From positions 2,493-66,492 of the IMG/VR virus record IMGVR_UViG_3300046715_000149: DNA of 64,000 bases; one strand, given 5' to 3'. Made by a program: the position numbers and the translations under genes. A model generated the notes under the pieces. The model made no database searches. It was given only the letters and a program-made list of their open reading frames with translations, and was not told the origin of the DNA. This stretch comes from a virus. Every line of letters starts with the position of its first letter. The stretch's first letter is position 1. Below, in pieces: positions 1 through 7,516 of this stretch.

Positions 1-110
1 ACGCGGCGGTGGATCGTGGTGGTGGTCATGCCGACGTACGAGTGATCGGTGTCGGACTGGCCGGCCAGGATCAGCTCGTAGACGTAGCCGTAGATCGGAC
101 GCGCGGCCAT
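1..110 (-). CDS. GIY-YIG nuclease-like protein, N-terminus only (runs off window)
   Basis: Manual translation from ATG at 110: MAARPIYGYVYELILAGQSDTDHSYVGMTTTTIHRR. GYVY...SYVG matches the GIY-YIG motif pair. Confidence 0.6.
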   Translation of the reverse strand, partial: MAARPIYGYVYELILAGQSDTDHSYVGMTTTTIHRR

Positions 111-509
111 CAGAGCAGGTCCGCGAGGTCGGCGAGCGGCCTTGGTGGCCGCGCGCTGGATCCGGCCGATGGCGAGCACCAGCGCTTCGGCGTCCATCGC
201 GGAAGCGTCGAAGGCATCAGGAAGACTTCCGTCGATGGCAGCGCGCAGGTCGCCGATCGTCCGGACGCGGACCACCCGATCATCCGTCGGGGGGGCCAGG
301 ACCATGTTGCGCCGCGCCATGTCGTTGCGGTGCGCGTAGTTCAGATCGCCGAGGCGGAAGCGATGCTCACCGCCTAGGCCATCCAGCGTGATGACTGCTT
401 GCGTGTTGGTGGCGCGCCACGTCTTGATCCGATAGATCTGGGCCGGCCGGGTGCCCGAGGCGGGCAGATAGGCGTACCCCTTGGCGATCCAGTTCGGGAC
501 GGTGGCCAT
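110..509 (-). CDS. hypothetical protein (in frame with the downstream GIY-YIG gene, possible indel)
   Basis: ATG at 509 just after the stop of 511..792. Reads MATVPNWIAKGYAYLP... with no stop before the window edge. Confidence 0.5.
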
Positions 510-510
510 C

Positions 511-792
511 TCAGGAGTCCTTCCGGCAGCGGTGGCCCGCGTCGTGGCGGCCAGGGGTACGGCAGTCGGGGTCGGCGCAGCGGGTGCACGCGTCAACGTG
601 GATCGAGGCGACCTCGATCGTGTCCTCCAGGCTCCACATCTCGGGCGTGTCGTGGACCAGGTTGTCGTGATCGAGACCGCGCCCGGTCGTGTGACCGGGG
701 CAGATGGCGACGTACGAGGCTCCGTCGTGGTCATCGGGCGTGATCTCGACGCGGGCGGTCTGGTTGTCGTTGGTGACGAACAGGCGGGCCAT
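511..792 (-). CDS. hypothetical protein with Cys/His motifs
   Basis: ORF tightly packed with neighbours; CTRCADPDC...H...H.C at the C-terminus. Confidence 0.6.
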   Translation of the reverse strand: MARLFVTNDNQTARVEITPDDHDGASYVAICPGHTTGRGLDHDNLVHDTPEMWSLEDTIEVASIHVDACTRCADPDCRTPGRHDAGHRCRKDS

Positions 793-793
793 C

Positions 794-1099
794 TCACACC
801 GTCCGGGTGATGACTATGCGGGCCGAGTCGCGCGAGCCGTTGCGCAGCACGTTCGGGAGAGCGAACAACGCGGTCCAGAGGGCGAAGGCGTCGGCGTGGT
901 CGGTGGGGTGGGTGATCGTCGTGACGACGGTCTGACGGTTCGAGTCGGAGTCCCAGGAGATACGGCTCGTGACCGTCGCGCCGACGCCCGGCATGACCCG
1001 CTCGACGATCCGGCGCGCGTCGCGGGTGGCCTTCTGGACGGTGAGGCCGGTGGCCAGCTTGCGGGCGGTGCTCTTGACGCTGCGGCTCGACTGATACAT
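794..1099 (-). CDS. hypothetical protein
   Basis: ATG at 1099 preceded by SD-like GAAGGGGA; MYQSSRSVKSTARKLATG... Confidence 0.6.
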   Translation of the reverse strand: MYQSSRSVKSTARKLATGLTVQKATRDARRIVERVMPGVGATVTSRISWDSDSNRQTVVTTITHPTDHADAFALWTALFALPNVLRNGSRDSARIVITRTV

Positions 1100-1167
1100 A
1101 TCGTCCCCTTCGTTCTCGGCACGCCCACCGCCCCCTGTTTGCGGGGGGCGGGGGTTAGGTGCGCTGG

Positions 1168-1350
1168 TCAGGAGGTGGGCCCGACGATGCGAATGCATCG
1201 CTTGCACGTGATGGGTGCATCTGTGAAGCGAGAACTTCCACCGCGAGCGCCTGTCCCCGTGTCGCAACGGGGAAGGTTGCCGTATGCGGCGTGGACCGTA
1301 GTGTTACGGCCAACGATCAAGTTGCGGGCGTCCGTCGCGTTTGTTGTCAT
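1168..1350 (-). CDS. small His/Cys protein, likely leaderless
   Basis: MTTNATDARN...VHAA...RC...ITCKRC. ATG lies 6 nt after the TACAGT -10 box. Confidence 0.6.
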   Translation of the reverse strand: MTTNATDARNLIVGRNTTVHAAYGNLPRCDTGTGARGGSSRFTDAPITCKRCIRIVGPTS

Positions 1351-1356
1351 GCCCTT

Positions 1357-1385
1357 ACTGTACTCCCAGTACAAGGGGAGCGCAA
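1357..1385 (-). promoter_or_regulatory. promoter TTGCGC-N17-TACAGT containing the GGGAGTACAGT motif
   Basis: Exact motif copy at 1357-1367 with a -35-like hexamer 17 nt upstream. Confidence 0.75.
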
Positions 1386-1417
1386 CCCCTGATGGGCTGC
1401 GCCTCCCTCCGCTTTGT

Positions 1418-2017
1418 TCAGTGGCCGATCGGGGCGGGGCTGACGGGGGCGGACGGGGCAGCAAGCTGGGCTTCCAGGGAATCACGCTCGGCCTGCTTGG
1501 CGAGGCGGGTCATCCTGGCCCGCTCCTTGCGCTCGGCCGCCTTGCGGTCGGCCTCGGCCTTGTTCGCGGCGCGGGTGGCGGCGGCCTTGGTAGCGGCCTG
1601 GCTGCGGGTGGCCTTGACCGTCTCGGCCTGGGTCGCGGCCGGGTTCATCTTCTCGGCCAGCATCTCGGCGGCGACATAGCCGGCAACGACCATCGCGCCG
1701 AAAATGCGGGCACCTGCCGAGTTTCCCGCGCCGATGTTCGCAGCGAGGCTGACCAGCGTGGCGGCGATCTGGAAGCGCAGGCCCATGCGGCGCGTCTGCG
1801 GAGAGAAACTCTCACTGCGGGCCAGCAGGCCCAGCATCGCGAAACCGTCGATGAAGATCGGAGCGGCGTACGCCTGCCATCCGGTCAGGCCCAGCAGGTT
1901 GAACAGGTGGACGATGTGGGTGTAGCTGATCGTCACGGCGAGGATCGCGATGCCGCGCGTGATGGTCTTGGCGGTCAGGTAGGTCCAGTTTCGGGGAGCG
2001 GTGGTCGTGGTGGCCAT
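1418..2017 (-). CDS. DUF2637-like membrane protein (Spd-like)
   Basis: ISYTHI...L...G...WQAYAAPIFIDG...SLAANI pattern, four TM helices, charged coiled-coil tail. Confidence 0.7.
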   Translation of the reverse strand: MATTTTAPRNWTYLTAKTITRGIAILAVTISYTHIVHLFNLLGLTGWQAYAAPIFIDGFAMLGLLARSESFSPQTRRMGLRFQIAATLVSLAANIGAGNSAGARIFGAMVVAGYVAAEMLAEKMNPAATQAETVKATRSQAATKAAATRAANKAEADRKAAERKERARMTRLAKQAERDSLEAQLAAPSAPVSPAPIGH

Positions 2018-2088
2018 CGGTGTCTCCAAGCTTCGGGCGGGAGGGCGATCGACGCTCCTGCGGATCACTCCGTCCCGCTGATAGCTTT

Positions 2089-2118
2089 ACTGTACTCCCA
2101 GTACTAAGGCTAGGGCAA
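2089..2118 (-). promoter_or_regulatory. promoter TTGCCC-N18-TACAGT with the GGGAGTACAGT motif
   Basis: Exact motif copy at 2089-2099, upstream of the DUF2637-like gene. Confidence 0.75.
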
Positions 2119-2135
2119 GAGATTGGCCATGGATG

Positions 2136-2178
2136 GCACAAACCCCCGCTGAGCTGCGAGACTCGGCGGGGGTTTGCC
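2136..2178 (-). terminator. intrinsic terminator-like hairpin
   Basis: CAAACCCCCGCTGAG / CTCGGCGGGGGTTTG inverted repeat just after the stop of 2183..2422. Confidence 0.65.
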
Positions 2179-2182
2179 CGGA

Positions 2183-2422
2183 TTAGGAAGACGCCACCTT
2201 GACGTAAGTCGGAACGAGGTAGACCCGTACGTTGCGCGGTCCGGTGTGGCAGACCTCGACCACGCGCATCTCCCGCTGGACCCGCGCGCCGTCGTTGGCC
2301 ATCACGGTTACCTTGGCGAGTTCGCCCTTGCGGGGGACGGCCTCGGCGCTGGGCCACGCCTCAATCCGTGCCCATTCCTGTCCCTGGCTGACGACCGGGC
2401 GGTAATAAAAGGCAATCTCCAC
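2183..2422 (-). CDS. hypothetical protein
   Basis: ORF abutting the upstream gene and followed by a terminator. Confidence 0.55.
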   Translation of the reverse strand: MEIAFYYRPVVSQGQEWARIEAWPSAEAVPRKGELAKVTVMANDGARVQREMRVVEVCHTGPRNVRVYLVPTYVKVASS

Positions 2423-2423
2423 G

Positions 2424-3470
2424 TCAGGGCCTTCCGGTGAGGTCGTGGCCGTTCGTCCGGCGCGCCTCGGCGGCGAACGTCTCGGCGGTGCGCTGCTTGA
2501 GCGGCGGGTCGTAGTGGGCGGCCAGTTCGGCGATCGTCATGCCGCGGGGACGGTCGGCGGACATCGACGACCACATGAGTACGAGGGCATCGGCCTTGAG
2601 TTCGGGTCCGCGCAGCACCTGGCCGTCGCGGACGTGGACGCCCTGGGTGCCCTCGCGGGGGAGGATGATCTCGCGGCGGGGGATCTCGAGCGCGCTCTTC
2701 GGCTTGGCCGGTGCGGGCGGCTTCAGCACGCCATCGGCCCGGGCCAGCCGGGTGCGCATCTCGGCGACCATGGCGTCATCGGCGGACAGCGCCAGCTTGG
2801 CCAGGCGCACGTCGCGGCGCAGCAGGTCGGAGACCGTGGAGTCGCCGCGGGACAGGCGGAACGACAGCATCGTCATCCGCGCGGTCAGCCGCTCGCGGTC
2901 GATCGTCACCGCGTCACGCTTGGTCGGCTCCAGCGCGCCGAGGGCCAGCAGCAGACGGCGCGGCGTCCAGCGCCACGAGGTCGGCTGCTGCTTCTCCGGG
3001 TCGTCGTCGCCGGTCAGATCCAGGTGCCAGTTCCAGGCGACCAGCAGCGGGACGACGAAGCGCAGCGGCGCCTGGTGCCAGCCCTCGGCCAGCGCGACCA
3101 CCGTGCCGCCGATCACCGCGAGGGACCAGACGAAGCGCACCGGGCGGGCGCGGCGCTCGTGGTCGGTACGGAAGCGGTTGGCGCGCAGCATGGCCGAGAG
3201 CATGAAGGTCTCGAAGAGCAGGAACAGCACGCCGGCGAACAGGGCCGGCACGTGGTAGACGGTCGTCGCGGCCTGCCACATGCCCTGCGCCATCCAGGTC
3301 AGGCCGATCGTGGTGGCGATCAGCGCGACCCGGCGGTCCGGCTTCTTGGAGGTCAGGGCGAACACCACGACCAGCGCCAGCGCGGCCGGGACAGCGACCA
3401 GCAGGACCGCGGGCCAGTCGATGCGGGTGAGGCGGTCCAGAACGTCGGTGAGCAGAGAGTCAGTGGTCAT
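2424..3470 (-). CDS. multi-pass membrane protein with C-terminal HTH-like region (SpdB/DUF2637-like)
   Basis: About 5 hydrophobic helices (AQGMW, LFLLFE, LRFVVPLLVAW), then WRWTPRRLLLALG and a helical cytoplasmic domain. Confidence 0.6.
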   Translation of the reverse strand: MTTDSLLTDVLDRLTRIDWPAVLLVAVPAALALVVVFALTSKKPDRRVALIATTIGLTWMAQGMWQAATTVYHVPALFAGVLFLLFETFMLSAMLRANRFRTDHERRARPVRFVWSLAVIGGTVVALAEGWHQAPLRFVVPLLVAWNWHLDLTGDDDPEKQQPTSWRWTPRRLLLALGALEPTKRDAVTIDRERLTARMTMLSFRLSRGDSTVSDLLRRDVRLAKLALSADDAMVAEMRTRLARADGVLKPPAPAKPKSALEIPRREIILPREGTQGVHVRDGQVLRGPELKADALVLMWSSMSADRPRGMTIAELAAHYDPPLKQRTAETFAAEARRTNGHDLTGRP

Positions 3471-3560
3471 GGGTACGATCGAAGCTCCTCTAGAGATCAC
3501 GGTGAACCCGGATCTCCTCTCGGCGAACGGGGCGGTCCCACGACCGCCCCGTTCGTGTGT

Positions 3561-3860
3561 TCAGACCGGGCGGCAGATGCCGGTCCACGTCACGGTGAAC
3601 GTCCGGCCCATGCTCATGACGATCCCCGGGTCGGCGCCGGGGAGCTTGCGGAGAATCCCCTGCACGTCGTTGTCACACCCTTCCTGAGCCGAGAAGGGGG
3701 TGACCTTCGGACGCTGCACGCGGGTCTCGGCGCGGATCGCGTGCGGACGGCCGACCACCTTCGTGACGATCTCCAGCTGGTCGGCCAGGTCGCCGGGCAG
3801 GCCGTGCCGGATCAGCATGTGCCGGACGTGCGCGGAGGACTTCGGCGCCTCGTCAGCCAT
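3561..3860 (-). CDS. hypothetical protein
   Basis: MADEAPKSS...; overlaps the end of the upstream gene. Confidence 0.55.
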   Translation of the reverse strand: MADEAPKSSAHVRHMLIRHGLPGDLADQLEIVTKVVGRPHAIRAETRVQRPKVTPFSAQEGCDNDVQGILRKLPGADPGIVMSMGRTFTVTWTGICRPV

Positions 3861-4569
3861 GGCTGGCCACCACCCCGCCGGCATCACGCAGGAAGTTGAA
3901 GGGGCGGACGTTCTTCGTGTCCGTCGGGTAGATGAAGCCGGCGTAGCGCTTGCCCATCGCGACCGCGACCGGTTCACTGGCGCCGCCGTAAATCATGCAC
4001 AGCGTGCCATGCGCCCGGGCGGCGCCGAACGCGCCGAGACGGGCGTGGAAGAAACTGGCAGTCGCGAGAGTGCCGTCGATGCCGAGGCCTAGCGGGTGCC
4101 GGATCGCCGAGACGGCGGGGATGTCGCGGCGGGCCTTGTCCGGGTCGCCCGGGACGCGGAGCTCGCGGTTGCCGCGCGGACTGTCGACGCGCTCGATCAG
4201 CAGGTCGCCGACGGGCGTGCACTTCAGGGTGACCGGAATGCGCCAGAGCTTGGCCGGCAGCTTGAACAGCTTCACGATCTCCTTGGCCGCGTCGAGGTAG
4301 ATCCACGTACGCCAGGGGCTGTCGTCGCCGCCCCATTCGGGCTCGTAACCGTCGTCGCTGCCCTCAGTCTCGATCTGCCCATCGCCCTCGGCGCCCTCGC
4401 CGGGCGTCCACTTGACGGTCGCGGCGGCGAACACGTCGTAGGCGGTGAAGTGCAGGGACTCGCCGTCCCACTCGATCGCGAGACCGGCGAGGTCGGACTT
4501 TTCGTTGAGCACGATGGGCAGCATGTCCTGAATGCCGCCGATCAGCTCCGTGGTCGGGATGGTGATCAT
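3853..4569 (-). CDS. divergent sliding-clamp-fold-like protein
   Basis: N-terminus ITIPTTELIGGIQDMLPIV...LAGLAIEWDGESLHFTAYDVFAA resembles a beta-clamp domain; SD GAGAGGAG. Confidence 0.45.
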   Translation of the reverse strand: MITIPTTELIGGIQDMLPIVLNEKSDLAGLAIEWDGESLHFTAYDVFAAATVKWTPGEGAEGDGQIETEGSDDGYEPEWGGDDSPWRTWIYLDAAKEIVKLFKLPAKLWRIPVTLKCTPVGDLLIERVDSPRGNRELRVPGDPDKARRDIPAVSAIRHPLGLGIDGTLATASFFHARLGAFGAARAHGTLCMIYGGASEPVAVAMGKRYAGFIYPTDTKNVRPFNFLRDAGGVVASHG

Positions 4570-4880
4570 CTGGTGTTGCTCCTCTCGTCCCCGTAGAACC
4601 ACGGGGGTCGTCTGGTGGATCGCGCGGACGGCCACATGCCGAGCCGCACGCACTCCTGATCGGCGTAGTCGACGCGCAGGACGGCCCGCTCCAGCACGTC
4701 GTGACCGCGCGGCGGACGCCTGTGGCCGGCCCGGGATTCGGCGCCCAGCGCCCGGGCCAGCCGGACCGCGTCGGATGCGGTGACGAACGCGCGGACCGCA
4801 GCCAGGCGCAGCGCGTTGCAGCGGGTGCACGCGCCGAGGTAGACGGTCGGCCAGGGCAGGTGACAGACGGAGCAGGTCAT
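4566..4880 (-). CDS. Zn-ribbon hypothetical protein
   Basis: CSVC...CTRC motifs; ATGA overlap with the upstream gene. Confidence 0.55.
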   Translation of the reverse strand: MTCSVCHLPWPTVYLGACTRCNALRLAAVRAFVTASDAVRLARALGAESRAGHRRPPRGHDVLERAVLRVDYADQECVRLGMWPSARSTRRPPWFYGDERSNTR

Positions 4881-5500
4881 CGCGCCTGCCCCAGCAGCAC
4901 GTCGCGCGCCTTGGTGATCAGGCGCATGACCGACTCGGACCCGCCGGGCATGTCCGGGTGGTACTTCTTGGCGGCGAACCGGTACGCGCGGGTGATGCCC
5001 TCCTTGCTGGTCAAGTCGCTGGCGATCAGCTCGATGCCGAGCGCATCGGCAAAGACCAGGCGGGCGGACTCCGGCGTGAGCGTGTCCTCCATCGGCCTGG
5101 CCGCGATGGCCTGCCAACCGCGGTACTGCTCACCGGTGCGGGTGATGCCGTAGCGATCGACGGCGCGCAGCGCGCTGAGTCCGAGGGCGATGGCGCGCAC
5201 GTTGTCGCGCCAGTAGTCGAAGGCGTCGGTGGCGTAGGTCAGCGGACCGTGACGCGAGTCGAAGCTGACCTGTACGCCCTGGAAGCCGACGCGGGCGTTC
5301 GCCCGGATCATGCCGTCGCGGCGCAGGTCAGTCTCGGTGATGTCGATCTGGGTGGCGATCACGGCGCCATCGAGCAGTTCCACCTCGCGCTTGAGCAGGT
5401 CGAGCGTGGAATTCCATCCGGTCTTGAACAGGGCGCGGCGCGGAAAGTCGGTCTTCGGCTTGTTCCATCCGGCCAGCGGGCGGATCTCGAAGCGCACCAT
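4877..5500 (-). CDS. phage J-domain (DnaJ-like) protein
   Basis: C-terminal AYRFAAKKYHPDMPGGSE J-domain; WRDNVRAIALGLSALRAVDRYG motif typical of phage J proteins. Confidence 0.85.
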   Translation of the reverse strand: MVRFEIRPLAGWNKPKTDFPRRALFKTGWNSTLDLLKREVELLDGAVIATQIDITETDLRRDGMIRANARVGFQGVQVSFDSRHGPLTYATDAFDYWRDNVRAIALGLSALRAVDRYGITRTGEQYRGWQAIAARPMEDTLTPESARLVFADALGIELIASDLTSKEGITRAYRFAAKKYHPDMPGGSESVMRLITKARDVLLGQAR

Positions 5501-5694
5501 CACGCCCAGCCTTCCGGGACCGCATGGTGGTCGGCAGCGTTGTCGTAGACGTGGCGCCAGCCGGTGTACATCGCGAGCCGGCCGTCGATGATGTCGCCCG
5601 CGTTCGCATAGAACGCCGGGCGGCCGCAGGTCTCCATGCCCTTGGTCAGGTTCGGCTCGCCGATCTTTGCAACGCAGGTCTTCACGGTGCCCAT
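5500..5694 (-). CDS. hypothetical protein
   Basis: ATG preceded by SD GAGAGGGG and a motif promoter. Confidence 0.6.
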   Translation of the reverse strand: MGTVKTCVAKIGEPNLTKGMETCGRPAFYANAGDIIDGRLAMYTGWRHVYDNAADHHAVPEGWA

Positions 5695-5699
5695 CTGGT

Positions 5700-5728
5700 C
5701 CCCTCTCGTTACGGCTTACTGTACTCCC
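5700..5728 (-). promoter_or_regulatory. GGGAGTACAGT promoter plus leader/RBS (29-bp repeat, copy 1)
   Basis: GGGAGTACAGTAAGCCGTAACGAGAGGGG, identical to 21969-21997 on the + strand. Confidence 0.8.
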
Positions 5729-5732
5729 ATGC

Positions 5733-5981
5733 TTAGCACCAACACCAGAGCGGCCGGTCGCGGACACGTTCCTCGTCGTCCTCGCGCATCAGCCGGGTGA
5801 CCACGGTGGGCAGGTTTTCGCCCAGGCGGTGATCAAAGCGCACTATCGCCACCTCTTCGCTGAAGACCTCGACCATGACTCCCGGTCCGCAGTACTCGGA
5901 CCATGTCGTGTGACGCACCACGACCCGATCGCCCGGGCGGATCACCTGCCCTGTCCCGCTGATCACGAAGTCGTTCGCCAC
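5733..5981 (-). CDS. hypothetical protein (SH3-like)
   Basis: GTG with SD GAGGGGGG; IRPGDRVVV...GVMVEV...VAIVRFD. Confidence 0.55.
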   Translation of the reverse strand: MANDFVISGTGQVIRPGDRVVVRHTTWSEYCGPGVMVEVFSEEVAIVRFDHRLGENLPTVVTRLMREDDEERVRDRPLWCWC

Positions 5982-5995
5982 GACGCCCCCCTCGC

Positions 5996-6026
5996 AAAAA
6001 ACCCGGGCCGATGATCCGGTCCGGGC
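5996..6026 (-). terminator. intrinsic terminator
   Basis: Minus strand GCCCGGACCG-GATCAT-CGGCCCGGG followed by TTTTTT. Confidence 0.8.
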
Positions 6027-6467
6027 TGTTCGGTGAGCGGGTACCCAGGCCGCGCATCGGCCGGCCCGGGCACCCCCCACATCACCTCTGGTGACCGTCA
6101 CGGCATCTCATGCCGTCCTCGGCGGATTCCTGCGCGTCCGACTCGATCTAAACCTTCAGCCCTTCGGCTGGTGAGTCTCGTCGGTTGAGCCTGCGTGCAA
6201 TCCACGAAGCACTTTCGGCTGCTCCACCCTGAGGACCTGCCCCTCACCGCGTCGGCCTGCCGGCCTCGGCGTGCTCTTGTTTCGCTGGGTGGATCGGAGG
6301 GGCCCGGTGGTCACGGCCAATCCGACGACCACGTGCTCCGGTCGCCTAAACGCCGGACCCCTCGTGATCGTCTCTCCGATCCGTCACACCTGACGTCAGG
6401 TGTTCCGCCCTGTTCCTCTTCCTTTTTGGGAGTCCTGAAGGTCACAGGGAAACCGACAGTGGACTCG

Positions 6468-6545
6468 TGCGCGCGACCGGAATTGAACCGGTACCTCCCC
6501 TGACGTGTCAGGCCATGGGCGCTTCTGCCGTTGAGCTACGCGCGC
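6468..6545 (-). tRNA. tRNA-like element, non-canonical anticodon arm
   Basis: Acceptor GCGCGCG/CGCGCGC, TAGCTCAACGGCAGAAGC D arm, ACCGG-TTCAATT-CCGGT T arm. Anticodon region CCCATGGCCTGACACGTCAGGGG is not a 5-bp stem with a 7-nt loop. Confidence 0.7.
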
Positions 6546-6704
6546 TGTGGCCGCTGCGTGGAACCCGTGGGTGCTGCGACCACCTATTCAGTTGTGCGTC
6601 CCGTGTCGGGCCATGCCCGGGACAACGGCATCCGGGCTCGCCTACGCGACCTCCTTGGCGGTTGAGGTCAGGCTCGCGACCCTCACTCATCCTCGCGGAT
6701 GCGT

Positions 6705-7022
6705 CTAGTCAAGGGTGATGCCCGCAGCCTTGAGGCCGTTGGCGAACTCCCTCGGAGTGAGTTTGATCCGGGGACCGCGGTCCGGGATCCCGTACGCGGC
6801 GGCCCACTTGCGCAGCGTGCCCTCGGTCACGATCTCGTTGATGACCGGGGTCAGCGCGTGGCTGATCTCGTTCCACGAGTGCGGGCCAGCATCCGGGTTA
6901 CGGCGGCGGGCGATGAACTGGGCCAGCGACGTGTCGGACACCTCCGGACTCGTTTCGATGAGCCGGCTCACCAGTCGCATCTCTCGCGTGATGGCCGGCC
7001 GCACCCGTTTGGTGTCCGGCAT
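6705..7022 (-). CDS. HTH DNA-binding protein (candidate regulator)
   Basis: SWNEISHAL...VTEGTLRKW HTH pattern; SD GGGAGG; divergent from the rightward arm. Confidence 0.65.
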   Translation of the reverse strand: MPDTKRVRPAITREMRLVSRLIETSPEVSDTSLAQFIARRRNPDAGPHSWNEISHALTPVINEIVTEGTLRKWAAAYGIPDRGPRIKLTPREFANGLKAAGITLD

Positions 7023-7058
7023 GCGTCCTCCCTTTCGTCGGCGCTCTTCTACTCCCCC

Positions 7059-7111
7059 ACTGTGCCATGCGGTGTCCCCGTTGTGCAAGGGCTTGCGTGA
7101 TGGGATACTGT
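7059..7111. promoter_or_regulatory. divergent promoter region
   Basis: Leftward TTGCAC-N18-CACAGT and rightward TACTGT (7106-7111) between divergent genes. Confidence 0.5.
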
Positions 7112-7130
7112 ACGTACGGACCGAGGGGAG

Positions 7131-7514
7131 ATGGCGCAGATGACCGACGAGGAGTTTCTGGGGATGCAGTACGAGGATTCGCCCGACCTGGGCGAGCAGC
7201 TGGCGGACGAGGTCGGGCCGATGATCGTGCCCGCGTACACCGCGCTGCTGACCAGGCGGATCGACGGGACGACCGGGGGCTACACCGAGGGGATGTGGGT
7301 GCACGGCTACGTGACCATCGCGAGCATCGTCATCACCCACCCGCGCATCCGGCTGGGTTGTGGCACCGAGTTCCCCGGGGTCGTTCGTACGATCCCGGTA
7401 GGGCGCAGGCACCTGCGCACGGCCGAGACGTTCCGCGCGACCTGCGAGGCCGCGGCGTCGGCGTACGAGGGCAACGGGTGGACGCGGCGCCCGCACACGA
7501 TCCAGGGGAGCTGA
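7131..7514 (+). CDS. hypothetical protein
   Basis: SD GAGGGG; first gene of the rightward arm. Confidence 0.65.
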   Translation: MAQMTDEEFLGMQYEDSPDLGEQLADEVGPMIVPAYTALLTRRIDGTTGGYTEGMWVHGYVTIASIVITHPRIRLGCGTEFPGVVRTIPVGRRHLRTAETFRATCEAAASAYEGNGWTRRPHTIQGS

Positions 7515-7516
7515 GG

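Larger units (their letters stand above)
5996..6704 (-). ncRNA. large structured ncRNA candidate (~700 nt) with embedded tRNA-like domain
   Basis: No convincing ORF; dense nested helices and multiway junctions, GNRA-type loops, 3' terminator. Confidence 0.65.

Noticed and set aside
704-3899. Long plus-strand ORFs 704-2107 and 2445-3899
   Set aside because: Antisense shadows of minus-strand genes in high-GC DNA; no motifs.
6468-6545. Assigning an amino-acid identity to either tRNA-like element (also 48812-48884, nominal ACG)
   Set aside because: Anticodon arms are non-canonical, so decoding identity cannot be supported.
6195-6718. Short ORFs 6195-6503, 6467-6718 and 6508-6690
   Set aside because: No SD, atypical codon use, and they overlap the tRNA fold and RNA helices.
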